From: Synechococcus sp. | GTDB lineage: Bacteria > Cyanobacteriota > Cyanobacteriia > PCC-6307 > Cyanobiaceae | DNA: 64,000 nt | Reading direction: 5' to 3' | Assembly (NCBI GenBank): GCA_047285305.1 | Contig: JBJBDL010000003.1 | Span: 1,632,001-1,696,000, forward strand | Part shown: piece after piece, positions 1-10,360 of the stretch | Layout of the letters: each line of letters begins with the position of its first letter | Position numbering within the stretch: position 1 is the first letter of the stretch | Program-made: the position numbers and the translations under genes | Notes under the pieces: generated by a model | Told to the model about the DNA's origin: nothing | Database searches by the model: none | Seen by the model: only the letters and a program-made list of their open reading frames with translations

Positions 1-518
1 GCCAGCATGGCGGCGAGCAGGGGGGTGAGAACACCGGTGTCGGTCAGACCCAGGGCTTTGCGCCGCTGAATCAGAAACAACGCGCCCTGGTCCTGAGCCT
101 CAGGGCCGAAACCGCGCACACCGATGCTGCGCTGAACCAGGTTCCAGGTGAAGGGCATGAACTGGTAAGCCCCAGCAGCTGAACTGGCGTAGCGGGAGCT
201 ATAGATAACCCGGTTGGGATGCCGGTCGAGGGAAGGCATCAAGCCACCGCCGAACATCACCCGATAGCCCACATCCAGACCCCCTTTCCATGTGCCTTCC
301 GCAAAACGGATCGTGTTGAGCATCGCCCGACGTTCGGGCGTGATCACATAGGGAATGGCCTGGCTGGGCTGGAAATCTGAGGTATGGATCAACTGCGCCC
401 GAGAAGCGGGGGGCAACACGCTCGCTTGGGCAGGAAGAAGTGAACTGATGGCAGGCAAAACTCCGAAGACCACGGCCGCATGAAGCGTCTGACGACCGAT
501 GAATGCAGAGGTAGCCAT
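1..518 (-). CDS. Glycoside hydrolase family 104 / lambda-type lysozyme (muramidase), runs off the left edge
   Basis: Manual translation from ATG 518 (frame not in ORF track): MATSAFIG...TPERRAMLNTIRFAEGTW...GYRVMFGG...SSAAGAYQFMPFTW...FGPEAQDQGALFLI, typical lambda-lysozyme-like motifs. Confidence 0.85.
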   Translation of the reverse strand, partial: MATSAFIGRQTLHAAVVFGVLPAISSLLPAQASVLPPASRAQLIHTSDFQPSQAIPYVITPERRAMLNTIRFAEGTWKGGLDVGYRVMFGGGLMPSLDRHPNRVIYSSRYASSAAGAYQFMPFTWNLVQRSIGVRGFGPEAQDQGALFLIQRRKALGLTDTGVLTPLLAAML

Positions 519-724
519 AAAGAGCGTTCAAGGAGGATGTCCTCGAAAGAGGACGACGAGCAGATCAGAAGCGGATGAAATGCTCGAGCAGAAAATTTTC
601 CACTCTTTGGGACTTTCTCGAATCAAAAGCTGTGAGCAATAGGTATATATGCCAGTCAAATAATCGGCCAGGCCGCTAACAGGCGGGAAAATCAGCTCAA
701 AAAGGTGTTGAAAAAGACCGAAAG

Positions 725-1810
725 TTAAAATAGAGATGTAACCAAAGCCACCAGTGCCAGAGCGGCTTCTTCAGCCCCTGATGCAGAAAGAGGGGCTTCG
801 CTTGGCGCCAGCAACGGCTGGTCCAGCTGCCATGCCCCAGTGTCCAGCTCCTGACGGCTGAGAGAGCGATGCTGGCCATGGCGACGCAGGCCATCCATCA
901 ACGCCGAAGCTTCGGCAAATCCGCTCCGCTCCACGACGTGCATCCCAACCCCTTGGGCCATCGCCTCGCAGAAGCTGCTGAAACCCGGCTTGCCCAAAAA
1001 ACGGGAGCAACGACCGAGCACATCGACAGGACGCAGGCCATCCGGCAGAAACGTGAGGTTGGGGAGCGCCGCAAACTCAGGCGCTTGCGAGGCATCTGCT
1101 GAAGCCGGAAGCAGGAAATGGTGGTTGGGCCAGAGCTGGAACAGATCCCGTGAAAGGGACAAGCCCAGACCTCCAAAACCCACCAACACCAGGGGAGCAT
1201 CCTGGGTATCAAGGCATGCATCAAGATCAGCCGTGAGGGGCCGCGGGCTGGAGCAGACCAAACCGAGCCTCTGTTCAGGCAACCCCCAATTCATGGCGAG
1301 GTCAAACGGACAGCGCAGCAACAGATCACCGCAGCGGTAGGCCTCAGCGGCAGCATCGGCCCAGCGTCGGAAGGCAAAACCCAAGGGTCGATAGATGTCG
1401 TCCCAACCGAAATTGCTCATCCACACCAGCGGTGCATCGAGGCGCTGGGCGAGGGCGGCTGCGGCCGGGGGAATATCCCCGATGATCAACACCGGCTGCC
1501 CCTTCGACGCAAGCCAGAGGGCCTCAGCCTCGATCAGGGCCGGCAGCCGTTGCTCCAGCTGATCCAGGGCCCTGAGGGTGGCGGCGCAATCCACACCGAG
1601 CGCGTCGGCCTGCACCATGCCGACATCCCATTGACAGGACCGCTGCTCAATCGCTGCATCCCCCAACAGCAGTTTGAGTACAGGGGAGGGCAGACCCGAG
1701 CTCATCACCAAGGTCCATTCAGGACGCAGGCGGAGCAGTTGCTGAAGCATCGCAGCATCGCGAGCCGCATGGCCGAAGCCGTGGCTGCTGCTGCAGAAAT
1801 AGATCAGCAC
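725..1810 (-). CDS. GT-B fold glycosyltransferase-like protein
   Basis: N-terminal SSHGFGHAAR, SNFGWDDIY and GKPGFSSFCEA motifs; start overlaps the upstream gene. Confidence 0.7.
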   Translation of the reverse strand: MLIYFCSSSHGFGHAARDAAMLQQLLRLRPEWTLVMSSGLPSPVLKLLLGDAAIEQRSCQWDVGMVQADALGVDCAATLRALDQLEQRLPALIEAEALWLASKGQPVLIIGDIPPAAAALAQRLDAPLVWMSNFGWDDIYRPLGFAFRRWADAAAEAYRCGDLLLRCPFDLAMNWGLPEQRLGLVCSSPRPLTADLDACLDTQDAPLVLVGFGGLGLSLSRDLFQLWPNHHFLLPASADASQAPEFAALPNLTFLPDGLRPVDVLGRCSRFLGKPGFSSFCEAMAQGVGMHVVERSGFAEASALMDGLRRHGQHRSLSRQELDTGAWQLDQPLLAPSEAPLSASGAEEAALALVALVTSLF

Positions 1811-2661
1811 GGCAACGGAGCATCGATCGGCAACTGCTCCTGATAAATCAACTCAGCATCAGGGGTGTACCAGCGATGGGCGAGCTGGATGAGGCGGGCT
1901 CCCTGGAATTCGGCCCAGGAGAGATGCAGCAGCGTTCGACCTTGCCCATCAACCCCTGAACGCGGCACACAGGCGGCATTGATCAGCGCGGTCCCATGGC
2001 GATGACGCAACAGGGTCTGGCGGAAACCAGAGCCGCGCTTGAGGGCATGGTGCATGTGGCCAAAGATCACCAGATCGGCAGGTCGGTCTTTGGCCATGCG
2101 GTCCAGGGCAAGGGCCAGATCCTGATCCCCCCAGTCCACCGCCGGTGTCTTCCAGTCGCGTCCGCAGGGACTCGCGGCCTCGGATCCCAACCCTGAGGGA
2201 CCGCAGTGGGCCATGACGATCAAGGGCTGATCAGCGGGTACATCAGCTGCAGCCTGCACAATCCGCTCGGCTGAAGCCTCAAGCGACACCGGGCCATACA
2301 TCGCCTCTACCGCCTTCGACAGGTGAAAACCTCCACCAGCACTGCAGGGCCGCGCACCCACAACCGTCAACGGGAGCTCCGGCCATTGAATTGAGCGCCA
2401 GGCGCAATGGAGATCACCGAGCACAGCGAGTTGTTGCTCGAGGATGCCGCCACTGCGATCTCGCCCGCGGTCGTGGTTCCCCAGGATCACGGCCACGGGG
2501 AAGGGAAGCCGCGTGATCCGGCGTGTCAGACGCAGATCCCCATCAGCAAGATCACCAACGAAAAGAACAGCGTCGGGCTTTAGCTGCTGCAGCAGCTGCT
2601 CATCCGCGTCGCCCCAGGCGCCGTGCAGATCACCAGCAATGGCGAGTCGCAGGTGCTTCAG
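1804..2661 (-). CDS. Metallophosphoesterase (TIGR04168-like)
   Basis: GDLHG, FVGD, GNHD, MAH, FGHMH calcineurin-like motifs. The frame stays open upstream of the track start (2496) to a CTG at 2661, with an in-frame TAG just beyond. Confidence 0.8.
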   Translation of the reverse strand: MKHLRLAIAGDLHGAWGDADEQLLQQLKPDAVLFVGDLADGDLRLTRRITRLPFPVAVILGNHDRGRDRSGGILEQQLAVLGDLHCAWRSIQWPELPLTVVGARPCSAGGGFHLSKAVEAMYGPVSLEASAERIVQAAADVPADQPLIVMAHCGPSGLGSEAASPCGRDWKTPAVDWGDQDLALALDRMAKDRPADLVIFGHMHHALKRGSGFRQTLLRHRHGTALINAACVPRSGVDGQGRTLLHLSWAEFQGARLIQLAHRWYTPDAELIYQEQLPIDAPLPC

Positions 2662-2705
2662 AGCGAATGCCTAGGCTGTTGCCATCCTGCCCCGAACCGG
2701 TCCTG

Positions 2706-3638
2706 ATGAGCGCTGACACCGCCGTTGTTCCGGCGATCAACCGGCTTCGCCAGGACCGCAATGCCGTGATCCTGGCGCACTATTACCAGGAGCCGGAGAT
2801 TCAGGACATCGCCGATTTCGTTGGTGACTCCCTGGAGCTGTCGCGCAAGGCCTCCAGCACCGATGCAGACGTAATCGTGTTCTGCGGCGTGCACTTCATG
2901 GCGGAGACCGCCAAGATTCTTAGCCCGGAAAAGACGGTGGTACTCCCGGATCTAGAGGCCGGATGCTCCCTGGCAGATGACTGCCCCGCCGATGAGTTCG
3001 CCCGCTTTCGTGCACAACACCCCGACCACTTCGTGGTGAGCTACATCAACTGCACAGCCGCTGTAAAGGCGCAAAGCGATCTGATCTGCACCAGCAGCAA
3101 TGCCGTTGATCTGGTGAACCAATTGCCTGCCGATCAGCCCGTTCTGTTCGCCCCCGATCAGAACCTAGGGCGCTGGGTTCAGCAACAAAGCGGTCGCGAG
3201 CTGACCCTCTGGCCGGGACGCTGCATCGTTCATGAGACCTTCAGCGAAGAAGCCGTCCTGGCCCTCAAGCACGAACATCCCGGGGCTGAAGTCATCGCCC
3301 ACCCCGAGTGCCAGCAGAATCTGCTGGACCTGGCGGATTTCATTGGATCCACCAGCAAGCTGTTGAATTACGCCGAACAAAGCTCCTGCAACAGCTTCAT
3401 CGTTCTGACGGAACCGGGGATCCTGCATCAGATGCAGCAACGGGTTCCTAAAAAAACCCTGCTCGACGTGCCAGGGATCGATGGATGCAGTTGCAATGCC
3501 TGCCCCTATATGCGGCTCAACACCCTGGAAAAACTGAAGGCATGTCTGGAGACCCTCACGCCTGCGATCGAGATGGATGAATCGATGCGTCTGAGGGCCA
3601 TGAAACCCATGCAGCGCATGCTCGAGATGAGCCGGTGA
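2706..3638 (+). CDS. nadA: Quinolinate synthase A
   Basis: [43 protein letters not shown] motifs; start taken at ATG 2706. Confidence 0.95.
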   Translation: MSADTAVVPAINRLRQDRNAVILAHYYQEPEIQDIADFVGDSLELSRKASSTDADVIVFCGVHFMAETAKILSPEKTVVLPDLEAGCSLADDCPADEFARFRAQHPDHFVVSYINCTAAVKAQSDLICTSSNAVDLVNQLPADQPVLFAPDQNLGRWVQQQSGRELTLWPGRCIVHETFSEEAVLALKHEHPGAEVIAHPECQQNLLDLADFIGSTSKLLNYAEQSSCNSFIVLTEPGILHQMQQRVPKKTLLDVPGIDGCSCNACPYMRLNTLEKLKACLETLTPAIEMDESMRLRAMKPMQRMLEMSR

Positions 3639-3701
3639 CGCGCCAACGGATCAAAGAACGACGTGTAATACGAAAAAATTTTCGACAATCCGACCCTCGC
3701 G

Positions 3702-4136
3702 ATGCATGGCTCCCGTAATCCACCCCAGGGCATCAGAGTTCTGACCTTGATGGCAGCGTTGTCGGGGACCTTGTTCACCGCAGCAACTGCGCAACCGTGG
3801 AACCAACCGATTCCTGAACCCGCAACGGCGTCCACAGCACAAGCCATCAAGTTGGCCAAGCAACTCAACACTGTGGGCGCCAGGTTTTTTGGAGCCCATT
3901 GGTGCCCCGCCTGCAAAGAACAGATGAAGCTCTTCGGCAAACAGGCCGGAGGCAACCTGAACTACGTGGAATGCGGTCTGCCCGACAAGTACCCCGACCA
4001 GCTCAAACAATGCAGGGATGAAAACATTCGATCCATCCCCACTTGGACACGGCCCGGATCAACGCGGCTCCAGGGTGTTCAATCCATTGACACCCTGGAG
4101 CGCTGGAGTGGCCTGAGGCCTGAGCCACTGAATTGA
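3702..4136 (+). CDS. Exported thioredoxin-fold protein
   Basis: Signal-like N-terminus; FGAHWCPACKEQ and YVEC motifs. Confidence 0.75.
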   Translation: MHGSRNPPQGIRVLTLMAALSGTLFTAATAQPWNQPIPEPATASTAQAIKLAKQLNTVGARFFGAHWCPACKEQMKLFGKQAGGNLNYVECGLPDKYPDQLKQCRDENIRSIPTWTRPGSTRLQGVQSIDTLERWSGLRPEPLN

Positions 4137-4393
4137 TTACTTCTTACGGCAATAGCCAGCGCCAACATTCATCCAACCGGAGAGGCAGGCTTCACCATTG
4201 GTGGGCTTCACTCGTAATAGATCGGACACACACAGGTGTTGCCCAGCGTTTTGACGTAACCCAAGGGGCATTGGTTGTGGCCTTGGGCCTTGGAAATCTT
4301 TTTCTGAGCCAAAGCGGAACTGGGCGCAGAAAGGGCTTCAACAAACACAGTTGCAGCGAGCAGCTTTATGGCAAGCGTGACGAACGCGCTCAA
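4137..4393 (-). pseudogene. Small secreted Cys-rich protein, frameshifted
   Basis: ORF stops at YYE*. Restoring one base near 4210 continues as VKPTNGEACLSGWMNVGAGYCRKK* to 4137. Confidence 0.6.
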
Positions 4394-4436
4394 GGTGTAG
4401 ACCTTTCAAACTGTCTGAAGCGATCGGCGGCGGAGC

Positions 4437-5423
4437 TTGATCGAACGCACACAGGAGGGGTTGTATTGCCGTGCCGCAAAGGCCTGGGTCGATCCGTGGC
4501 GTCCGGTTCCCCGGGCCCTGATCACACACGCCCATGCCGACCACGCCCGACCCGGATGCGGGGAGTACTGGGCCGTGGCCTCCAGTGAAGGGGTTCTGCG
4601 CCAGAGGCTCGGCCAGGACATCACGCTTCACCCGGTGGCCTACGGCGAAGAGCACTGGCTGGGGCAATGCAAGGTGTCGTTTCACAGCGCCGGGCACGTG
4701 CTCGGTTCAGCGCAGATCCGCCTGGAATCGGAGGGTGAGGTGTGGGTGGTCAGTGGGGATTACAAACGGGATGACGACCCCAGTTGCGAACCCTTTGAAC
4801 CGGTGCGCTGCGATGTGTTGATCACCGAAGCCACCTTCGGAATGCCGATCTATCGCTGGCAAAGCGGTGAGCAGGTGGCCAAGGAGATCCATGCCTGGTG
4901 GAGCCGTGATCGCAGTAGGCCATCCCTGCTGTTCTGCTACGCCTTCGGCAAAGCCCAACGCTTGCTGGCTGAACTGAAGGCCATCGGCGTTGAGGAGGAG
5001 GTGCTGCTGCACGGCGCTGTTGAAACCGTGACCCGTCATTACCGCGACGCAGGGGTTCCGATGACCCCCAGTCGTCCCGTCAGCGAACTGCCCCGCAAGG
5101 ATCCGCTCGAAGGGCGATTGATCCTGGCGCCGCCATCGGCCCATCGCTCCAGCTGGATGCGCCGCTTTAAGTCACCTCAAACAGCCTTTGCCTCCGGCTG
5201 GATGGCAGTGCGCGGAGCCCGTAGACGGCGGGGCTACGAGCGGGGATTCGTGCTCAGTGATCACGCCGACTGGCCTGGACTGATCCAGACCGTTCGAGAC
5301 AGCGGTGCCCGCAAGGTGTACGTCACCCATGGACAGAGTGACGTTCTGGCCCGTTACCTGCGGGAGGTGGAGGGTGTGGATGCGGAGCCGCTGGAAACCC
5401 TGTTCGAAGGGGAGTCGGACTAG
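4437..5423 (+). CDS. Ligase-associated DNA damage response exonuclease (MBL/beta-CASP)
   Basis: THAHADH, GHVLGSAQ, SGDYKR, EATFG, LSDHADW motifs; next to ligase and helicase. Confidence 0.9.
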   Translation: MIERTQEGLYCRAAKAWVDPWRPVPRALITHAHADHARPGCGEYWAVASSEGVLRQRLGQDITLHPVAYGEEHWLGQCKVSFHSAGHVLGSAQIRLESEGEVWVVSGDYKRDDDPSCEPFEPVRCDVLITEATFGMPIYRWQSGEQVAKEIHAWWSRDRSRPSLLFCYAFGKAQRLLAELKAIGVEEEVLLHGAVETVTRHYRDAGVPMTPSRPVSELPRKDPLEGRLILAPPSAHRSSWMRRFKSPQTAFASGWMAVRGARRRRGYERGFVLSDHADWPGLIQTVRDSGARKVYVTHGQSDVLARYLREVEGVDAEPLETLFEGESD

Positions 5424-5680
5424 AACTTGTCGATGCCGTCCGGCAACTCGGGGAGGTTGAGGTTTGCTTCGCGACCTTCGATCGCGGCTGTGAGCGATTC
5501 GATCATCATGGCGTTGCCGCTGTCTTTGACGGCCTCAAGCGCCTTCTGAAGACGACGACGACGGTCGGATGAATCATCCGATGTCCCCGAACCAGCCACG
5601 GGGGTGACGACGGCCGTGGCTGAGGCGGTAGCGCGCACGCTGCTGAGTTGTCGCGCCAGGTTGTCCCAGAGGAGTGCCAT
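5420..5680 (-). CDS. Hypothetical protein
   Basis: 86-aa ATG ORF filling the gap between exonuclease and ligase. Confidence 0.6.
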   Translation of the reverse strand: MALLWDNLARQLSSVRATASATAVVTPVAGSGTSDDSSDRRRRLQKALEAVKDSGNAMMIESLTAAIEGREANLNLPELPDGIDKF

Positions 5681-5799
5681 CCGGCTGATTCAGGAAGCTG
5701 TCGCTCAGATCAACACAGGTCTCCACCGGATTTCCAGCACTGATCACAAAATGTCTTGTCAGGATGGCGGTGCTTTCCATCCATCCCGTTCAAGCGCGC

Positions 5800-7455
5800 A
5801 TGCGTGCCTTTCAGAACCTGTTCAATCAGTTGGATCAGGTCACGGGCACCAAGGCCAAGGTCCAAGCGCTGGTGGATCACTTTCAGGGGGTCGAAGCAGG
5901 GGAGGCGGCCTGGGCATTGACGCTGCTGCTGGGCAAACGCCGCCGGCGCCTGATCACCGGTCGTCGACTCCGCGACATTCTGCGGGACCGCGGTGGTCTT
6001 CCGGATTGGCTGATCGACGACTGCTACGGCCAGGTGGGCGACTCAGCCGAAACCATCAGCCTGCTCTGGCCCGCCGTGCAAAACCGCATTGAAGCAAGCG
6101 ATCCGGATCTGCCCAGCGGTGAAGGAGACATGCCCCTGAGCTGGTGGATGGACACCCTGCTGCCGGCCATCAGCACCAGAAACGACAACGATCAGGCCAA
6201 TGCCGTGATCTGGCTCTGGCACCGAACCTCGCTCGACCAACACTTCATCGTTAACAAGTTGCTCACGGGGGGATTCCGCGTCGGCGTGTCGACGGGCCTG
6301 ATCAGCCGCGCCATCGCCGAAGCGTTTGATCTCGAGGAAAGCCTTGTGGTGCAAAGGCTGATGGGCGGCTTTGAGCCCTCCGCTGAGCGCTTCAGGAAAC
6401 TCACCGCCTGCGCGACGGCGGATGAACACCGTTCCAGCGGCACCCCCTACCCCTTCTATCTAGCCAGTCCCCTGGAACCCGAACGACTGCTGGAGACATC
6501 GGCGAGCGATTGGCAACTGGAGTGGAAATGGGATGGAATCCGCGGTCAGCTGATTCATCGCGGGTCCGGCGTCTACCTCTGGAGCCGTGGAGAGGAACTG
6601 GTCAACGAGAGCTTCCCTGAGCTTGTGGAGGTGGCCAAGGCCTTGCCATCCGGCAGCGTTCTGGACGGCGAGCTGATCTGCTGGCAACAGGACGCAGCCG
6701 CGCCGCTTGGTTTTGATCAACTGCAACGACGACTCGGCCGCAAAAGCGTTGGAGCAACGTTGAGACGGGATTGCCCGATGCGGTTCATCGCCTACGACCT
6801 GCTGGAACATCAGGGCGCCGACATCCGCCAGCAGGGATTACGGCAACGCCAGCAGCATCTGGCTGCGCTGCTGGGCAGCATCGAGCACCCCGAGTCGTGG
6901 CGGTTGAAGCAGAGCCCATCCTGGTCGATCGACTCCTGGGAGGAACTGGAGACACAGCGCAACCAGGCCCGTCAACACAACGCCGAAGGACTGATGCTCA
7001 AACAAACGGAATCGCCCTACCTAAGCGGCCGCAAACGCGGCAACTGGTGGAAACACAAGCTGGAGCCGATGACCCTCGATGCGGTGCTCCTCTACGCCCA
7101 GGCCGGCAGTGGGCGTCGCGCCAACCTTTTCACCGACTACACCTTCGGCCTCTGGACCAACGCTGAAGAGCCGCAGTTGGTGACCTTCGCCAAGGCTTAT
7201 TCCGGCCTCAACGATGCCGAAATCCTCGAGCTTGACCGCTGGATCCGACGCAACACCTTGCAGCGCTTCGGGCCGGCACGGTCCCTGAAATCCGAGCTGG
7301 TGTTTGAAATCGGCTTTGAAGGCATCCACCCCTCAAAACGCCATAAATCCGGCATCGCCGTGCGTTTCCCGCGCATCCTGCGTTGGCGACGCGACAAACC
7401 CGCCGATGAAGCGGATTCACTCCAGACCGCGATGGCATTGATCGAGAACCGCTGA
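5800..7455 (+). CDS. ATP-dependent DNA ligase
   Basis: EWKWDGIRGQ (motif I), LDGE, EGLMLK, WWKHK, VRFPR; start taken at ATG 5800. Confidence 0.93.
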   Translation: MRAFQNLFNQLDQVTGTKAKVQALVDHFQGVEAGEAAWALTLLLGKRRRRLITGRRLRDILRDRGGLPDWLIDDCYGQVGDSAETISLLWPAVQNRIEASDPDLPSGEGDMPLSWWMDTLLPAISTRNDNDQANAVIWLWHRTSLDQHFIVNKLLTGGFRVGVSTGLISRAIAEAFDLEESLVVQRLMGGFEPSAERFRKLTACATADEHRSSGTPYPFYLASPLEPERLLETSASDWQLEWKWDGIRGQLIHRGSGVYLWSRGEELVNESFPELVEVAKALPSGSVLDGELICWQQDAAAPLGFDQLQRRLGRKSVGATLRRDCPMRFIAYDLLEHQGADIRQQGLRQRQQHLAALLGSIEHPESWRLKQSPSWSIDSWEELETQRNQARQHNAEGLMLKQTESPYLSGRKRGNWWKHKLEPMTLDAVLLYAQAGSGRRANLFTDYTFGLWTNAEEPQLVTFAKAYSGLNDAEILELDRWIRRNTLQRFGPARSLKSELVFEIGFEGIHPSKRHKSGIAVRFPRILRWRRDKPADEADSLQTAMALIENR

Positions 7456-9950
7456 TGGCAGTTTCAAAAGCGAAGGCGAAGGCAAAAGCCAAACCAACAA
7501 CCAACGACCCTCGCTTGAACCCGATTCATGCCTGGTTCGCGCAGAGGAACTGGACACCGCTGCCGTTCCAGCAGGAGACCTGGAGCGCCTATTTGGCGGG
7601 GCGGAATGGATTGATCCAAGTGCCCACAGGGTCTGGCAAAACCTTCGCCGCCGTGATGGGACCGATCGCGCGGATGTTGGCGGAGGAGCAGCCGTTGAAG
7701 GGAATACGTCTGCTCTACATCACGCCCTTGCGTGCCCTCAGCCGCGACTTATCGCTCGCGATCCGCGAACCGATCGAGGCGATGGGCTGGCCAATTCGGG
7801 TGGGCATCCGCAATGGCGACAGCAGCAGCAGCGAACGCACGAAACAGCTCAAGGCACCACCGCAGATTCTGGTGACGACTCCGGAATCCCTCGCCCTGCT
7901 GCTGAGCAACGCCAAGGCCGAAGAACTGTTTGGCCAACTTGAAACGGTGATCCTCGATGAATGGCACGAATTGATGGGAAGCAAACGGGGCAGCCAGACG
8001 GAGCTGTGCCTGAGCTGGTTGCGCCAGCTGCGCCCCCAGCTCCAGACCTGGGCCATCAGTGCCACCATCGGCAACCTGGAGCAGGCAGCGCGCCATGCGC
8101 TGGGAACGGCAGGGCATGGCGCGCTGATCGGTGGCGCCCCTGCCCGCAGCACGGATATTCAGAGCATCCTTCCGGAAACCATCGATGGATTCCCCTGGGC
8201 CGGACACCTCGGATTGCGGATGTACGAGGAGCTGGTGGCCCGCCTCAATCCCGACATCAGCACCTTGCTGTTCACCAACACCCGCAATCAGTCGGAGCGT
8301 TGGCACCAGTGTCTGCGCTTCGCCTGCCCGGAGATGGATGAGGGGTTGGCGCTGCACCACAGCGCCATTGATCGCAGCGAGCGGGAAGCAATCGAAGCCT
8401 CCGTGAAGGCCGGCGGCATTCGTTGGGTGGTCTGCACCAGCTCCTTGGACCTCGGGGTGGACTTCCAACCCGTGGAACAGGTGGTGCAGATCGGAAGCCC
8501 GAAGAATCTGGCGCGGCTGCTGCAGCGGGCGGGGCGGTCAGCGCACTTGCCCGGCGGAACATCCCAGGTGCTTTTCATGCCCACCAATGCACTCGAACTG
8601 CTCGAACTCAGTGCTGTGCGGCGGGGACTGGCGGAGGGTCTGGTGGAACAACGTAAGCCGCCGAAAGCCCCTCTTGATGTGCTGCTGCAGCACCTCACGG
8701 GGTTGGCCTGCGGCCCTGGCTTCCATCCGGAGCAGGCCTTCCAGACCGTGCGCAGCTGTGCGGCCTACGCCGAGCTGAGCCAGGAGGACTGGGACTGGTG
8801 CATGTTGTTTCTGGAGCAGGGCGGAGAGTGCCTCGGGGCCTATCCCCGCTACCGCAAGCTCGAGTGGGAGGAGACAAGTCAGCGCTACCGGGTTCGCGAA
8901 AAAGCCATCGCCCGGCTGCACCGTCTCAACGTTGGAACGATCACGGCCGCACCGGCGATCACCGTGCGGTTTGTTCGTGGTGCTGTGCTCGGCCATGTGG
9001 AGGAAACCTTCATCAGCCAGCTGAAGCCGAAGGATGTGTTCTTCTTCTCCGGCCGCCAGCTGGAATTCGTGCGGCTGCGCGACATGACCGCTTACGTGAA
9101 GGTGAGCACCAAGAAAACGCGCACCGTGCCTGCCTGGGCTGGGGGGCAGATGGCCCTCTCCGATCTGCTGACCCATCACCTGCGTCTTGAGGTGGACCGC
9201 GCCAGCCGTGGTGATCTCGACAACGCTGAACTGCAGGCTCTGAAGCCCCTGTTTGATCGGCAACAGGACATTTCGGTGTTGCCGACGGTGGGGCAGCTGT
9301 TGATTGAGACCTGTCGCACCCGGGAAGGCACACACCTGTTTGCCTTCCCCTTTGAAGGGCGGTTCGTGCATGAGGGCATCGGCTTCCTCTGGGCGTCGCG
9401 GCTCACCCGTCTGGAGCGGGGCACGATCACGGTGTCGGTGAACGACTACGGCTTTGAGCTGTTGGCACCGAAGAGCTACCCCATGGCGGAGTTGCTGGAG
9501 GACCACATCGATCTGCTGCTCGATCGCCAAAAGCTGGAGCGGGATCTCAAGAACGCACTGAATCTCTCCGAGCTGCAACGGCGACGCTTCCGCGCCATCG
9601 CCCAGATCGCAGGCCTGATGAACCGGGGATTCCCTGGATCGAGCAAAAGCACCGGTCAGCTTCAGATCAGTGCATCGCTGCTGTTCGATGTGTTCAGCCG
9701 CCATGAGCCGAACAATCGCTTGCTGCTGCAGGCGCAGCAGGAGGTGCTCGATGACCAGTTGGAGATCTCGCGCCTTGAGGCGGCCTTGGATCGCGCAGCA
9801 AGCCAGGAATGGCTGCACGTTGAAACCCCTCGTCCCAGCCCATTGGCCTTTCCACTATTGGTGGAACGGCTGAACAACAGGATGAGCAATGAATCCGTTT
9901 TGGAGCGGGTTCAGCGGATGAAGGACGAAGCTCTCAGACGAGAGGGTTAG
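7455..9950 (+). CDS. Ligase-associated DEXH-box helicase (Lhr-like)
   Basis: PTGSGKT, TPLRAL, TTPESL, DEWH, SAT, SSLDLGVDF, QRAGRS; TGATG overlap with ligase. Confidence 0.92.
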   Translation: MAVSKAKAKAKAKPTTNDPRLNPIHAWFAQRNWTPLPFQQETWSAYLAGRNGLIQVPTGSGKTFAAVMGPIARMLAEEQPLKGIRLLYITPLRALSRDLSLAIREPIEAMGWPIRVGIRNGDSSSSERTKQLKAPPQILVTTPESLALLLSNAKAEELFGQLETVILDEWHELMGSKRGSQTELCLSWLRQLRPQLQTWAISATIGNLEQAARHALGTAGHGALIGGAPARSTDIQSILPETIDGFPWAGHLGLRMYEELVARLNPDISTLLFTNTRNQSERWHQCLRFACPEMDEGLALHHSAIDRSEREAIEASVKAGGIRWVVCTSSLDLGVDFQPVEQVVQIGSPKNLARLLQRAGRSAHLPGGTSQVLFMPTNALELLELSAVRRGLAEGLVEQRKPPKAPLDVLLQHLTGLACGPGFHPEQAFQTVRSCAAYAELSQEDWDWCMLFLEQGGECLGAYPRYRKLEWEETSQRYRVREKAIARLHRLNVGTITAAPAITVRFVRGAVLGHVEETFISQLKPKDVFFFSGRQLEFVRLRDMTAYVKVSTKKTRTVPAWAGGQMALSDLLTHHLRLEVDRASRGDLDNAELQALKPLFDRQQDISVLPTVGQLLIETCRTREGTHLFAFPFEGRFVHEGIGFLWASRLTRLERGTITVSVNDYGFELLAPKSYPMAELLEDHIDLLLDRQKLERDLKNALNLSELQRRRFRAIAQIAGLMNRGFPGSSKSTGQLQISASLLFDVFSRHEPNNRLLLQAQQEVLDDQLEISRLEAALDRAASQEWLHVETPRPSPLAFPLLVERLNNRMSNESVLERVQRMKDEALRREG

Positions 9951-10003
9951 GGAGCCTGAAGTCGATCTGATCCGAAGCTATTTGTTTTGGCCTCAACCAC
10001 GTC

Positions 10004-10300
10004 TCAGTTCGGTTGACGAGATTTCTTCACTGCGAGCCCGGCTTCAACTGCTGTTCCAGCCGCGAGAGCAACGAGCCCAAATAAGCCAATCAATTGGTTT
10101 TGCATTTCTTCGGCAGCCTCAGCTCCCTGTCCCAGCACCACACCCAGGACAAACCATGTCGTCGCCAAAGCAGACGTGATCCAGTACGCCTTCCAGCGGC
10201 GCTGGTACAGGTACCCGGCACCCAAGCCCGGAACCACGTTCAAAGTGACAGAAACCCAGCCTGCCGATGCGGCAAGGATCTCTCTTCTGGTGGGCGCCAT
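10004..10300 (-). CDS. Small membrane protein
   Basis: LNVVPGLGAGYLYQRRW plus hydrophobic helices; start at ATG 10300. Confidence 0.65.
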   Translation of the reverse strand: MAPTRREILAASAGWVSVTLNVVPGLGAGYLYQRRWKAYWITSALATTWFVLGVVLGQGAEAAEEMQNQLIGLFGLVALAAGTAVEAGLAVKKSRQPN

Positions 10301-10360
10301 AACAACCGGTGTTTCAGTGCATTTTTGTCGATATCGAGCGCCATCGCGCGTGGCGGGCAC

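Noticed and set aside
199..531. 110-aa minus-strand track ORF
   Set aside because: Wrong frame; the lysozyme reads from ATG 518 in another frame
520..720. Possible c-di-AMP riboswitch upstream of the lysozyme
   Set aside because: Only a short GTCCTC/GAGGAC hairpin; the conserved ydaO elements were not found
1804..2661. Candidate for the missing PdeM nuclease
   Set aside because: Opposite strand, in a separate operon with the glycosyltransferase, and motifs fit a different metallophosphoesterase family
7465..7495. KAKAKAKAK low-complexity repeat
   Set aside because: Codons vary; ordinary disordered N-terminus of the helicase
8538..9818. Long antisense ORFs (also 35231-36187, 38563-39402, 62868-63686)
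   Set aside because: Shadow frames of GC-rich genes with no recognisable motifs
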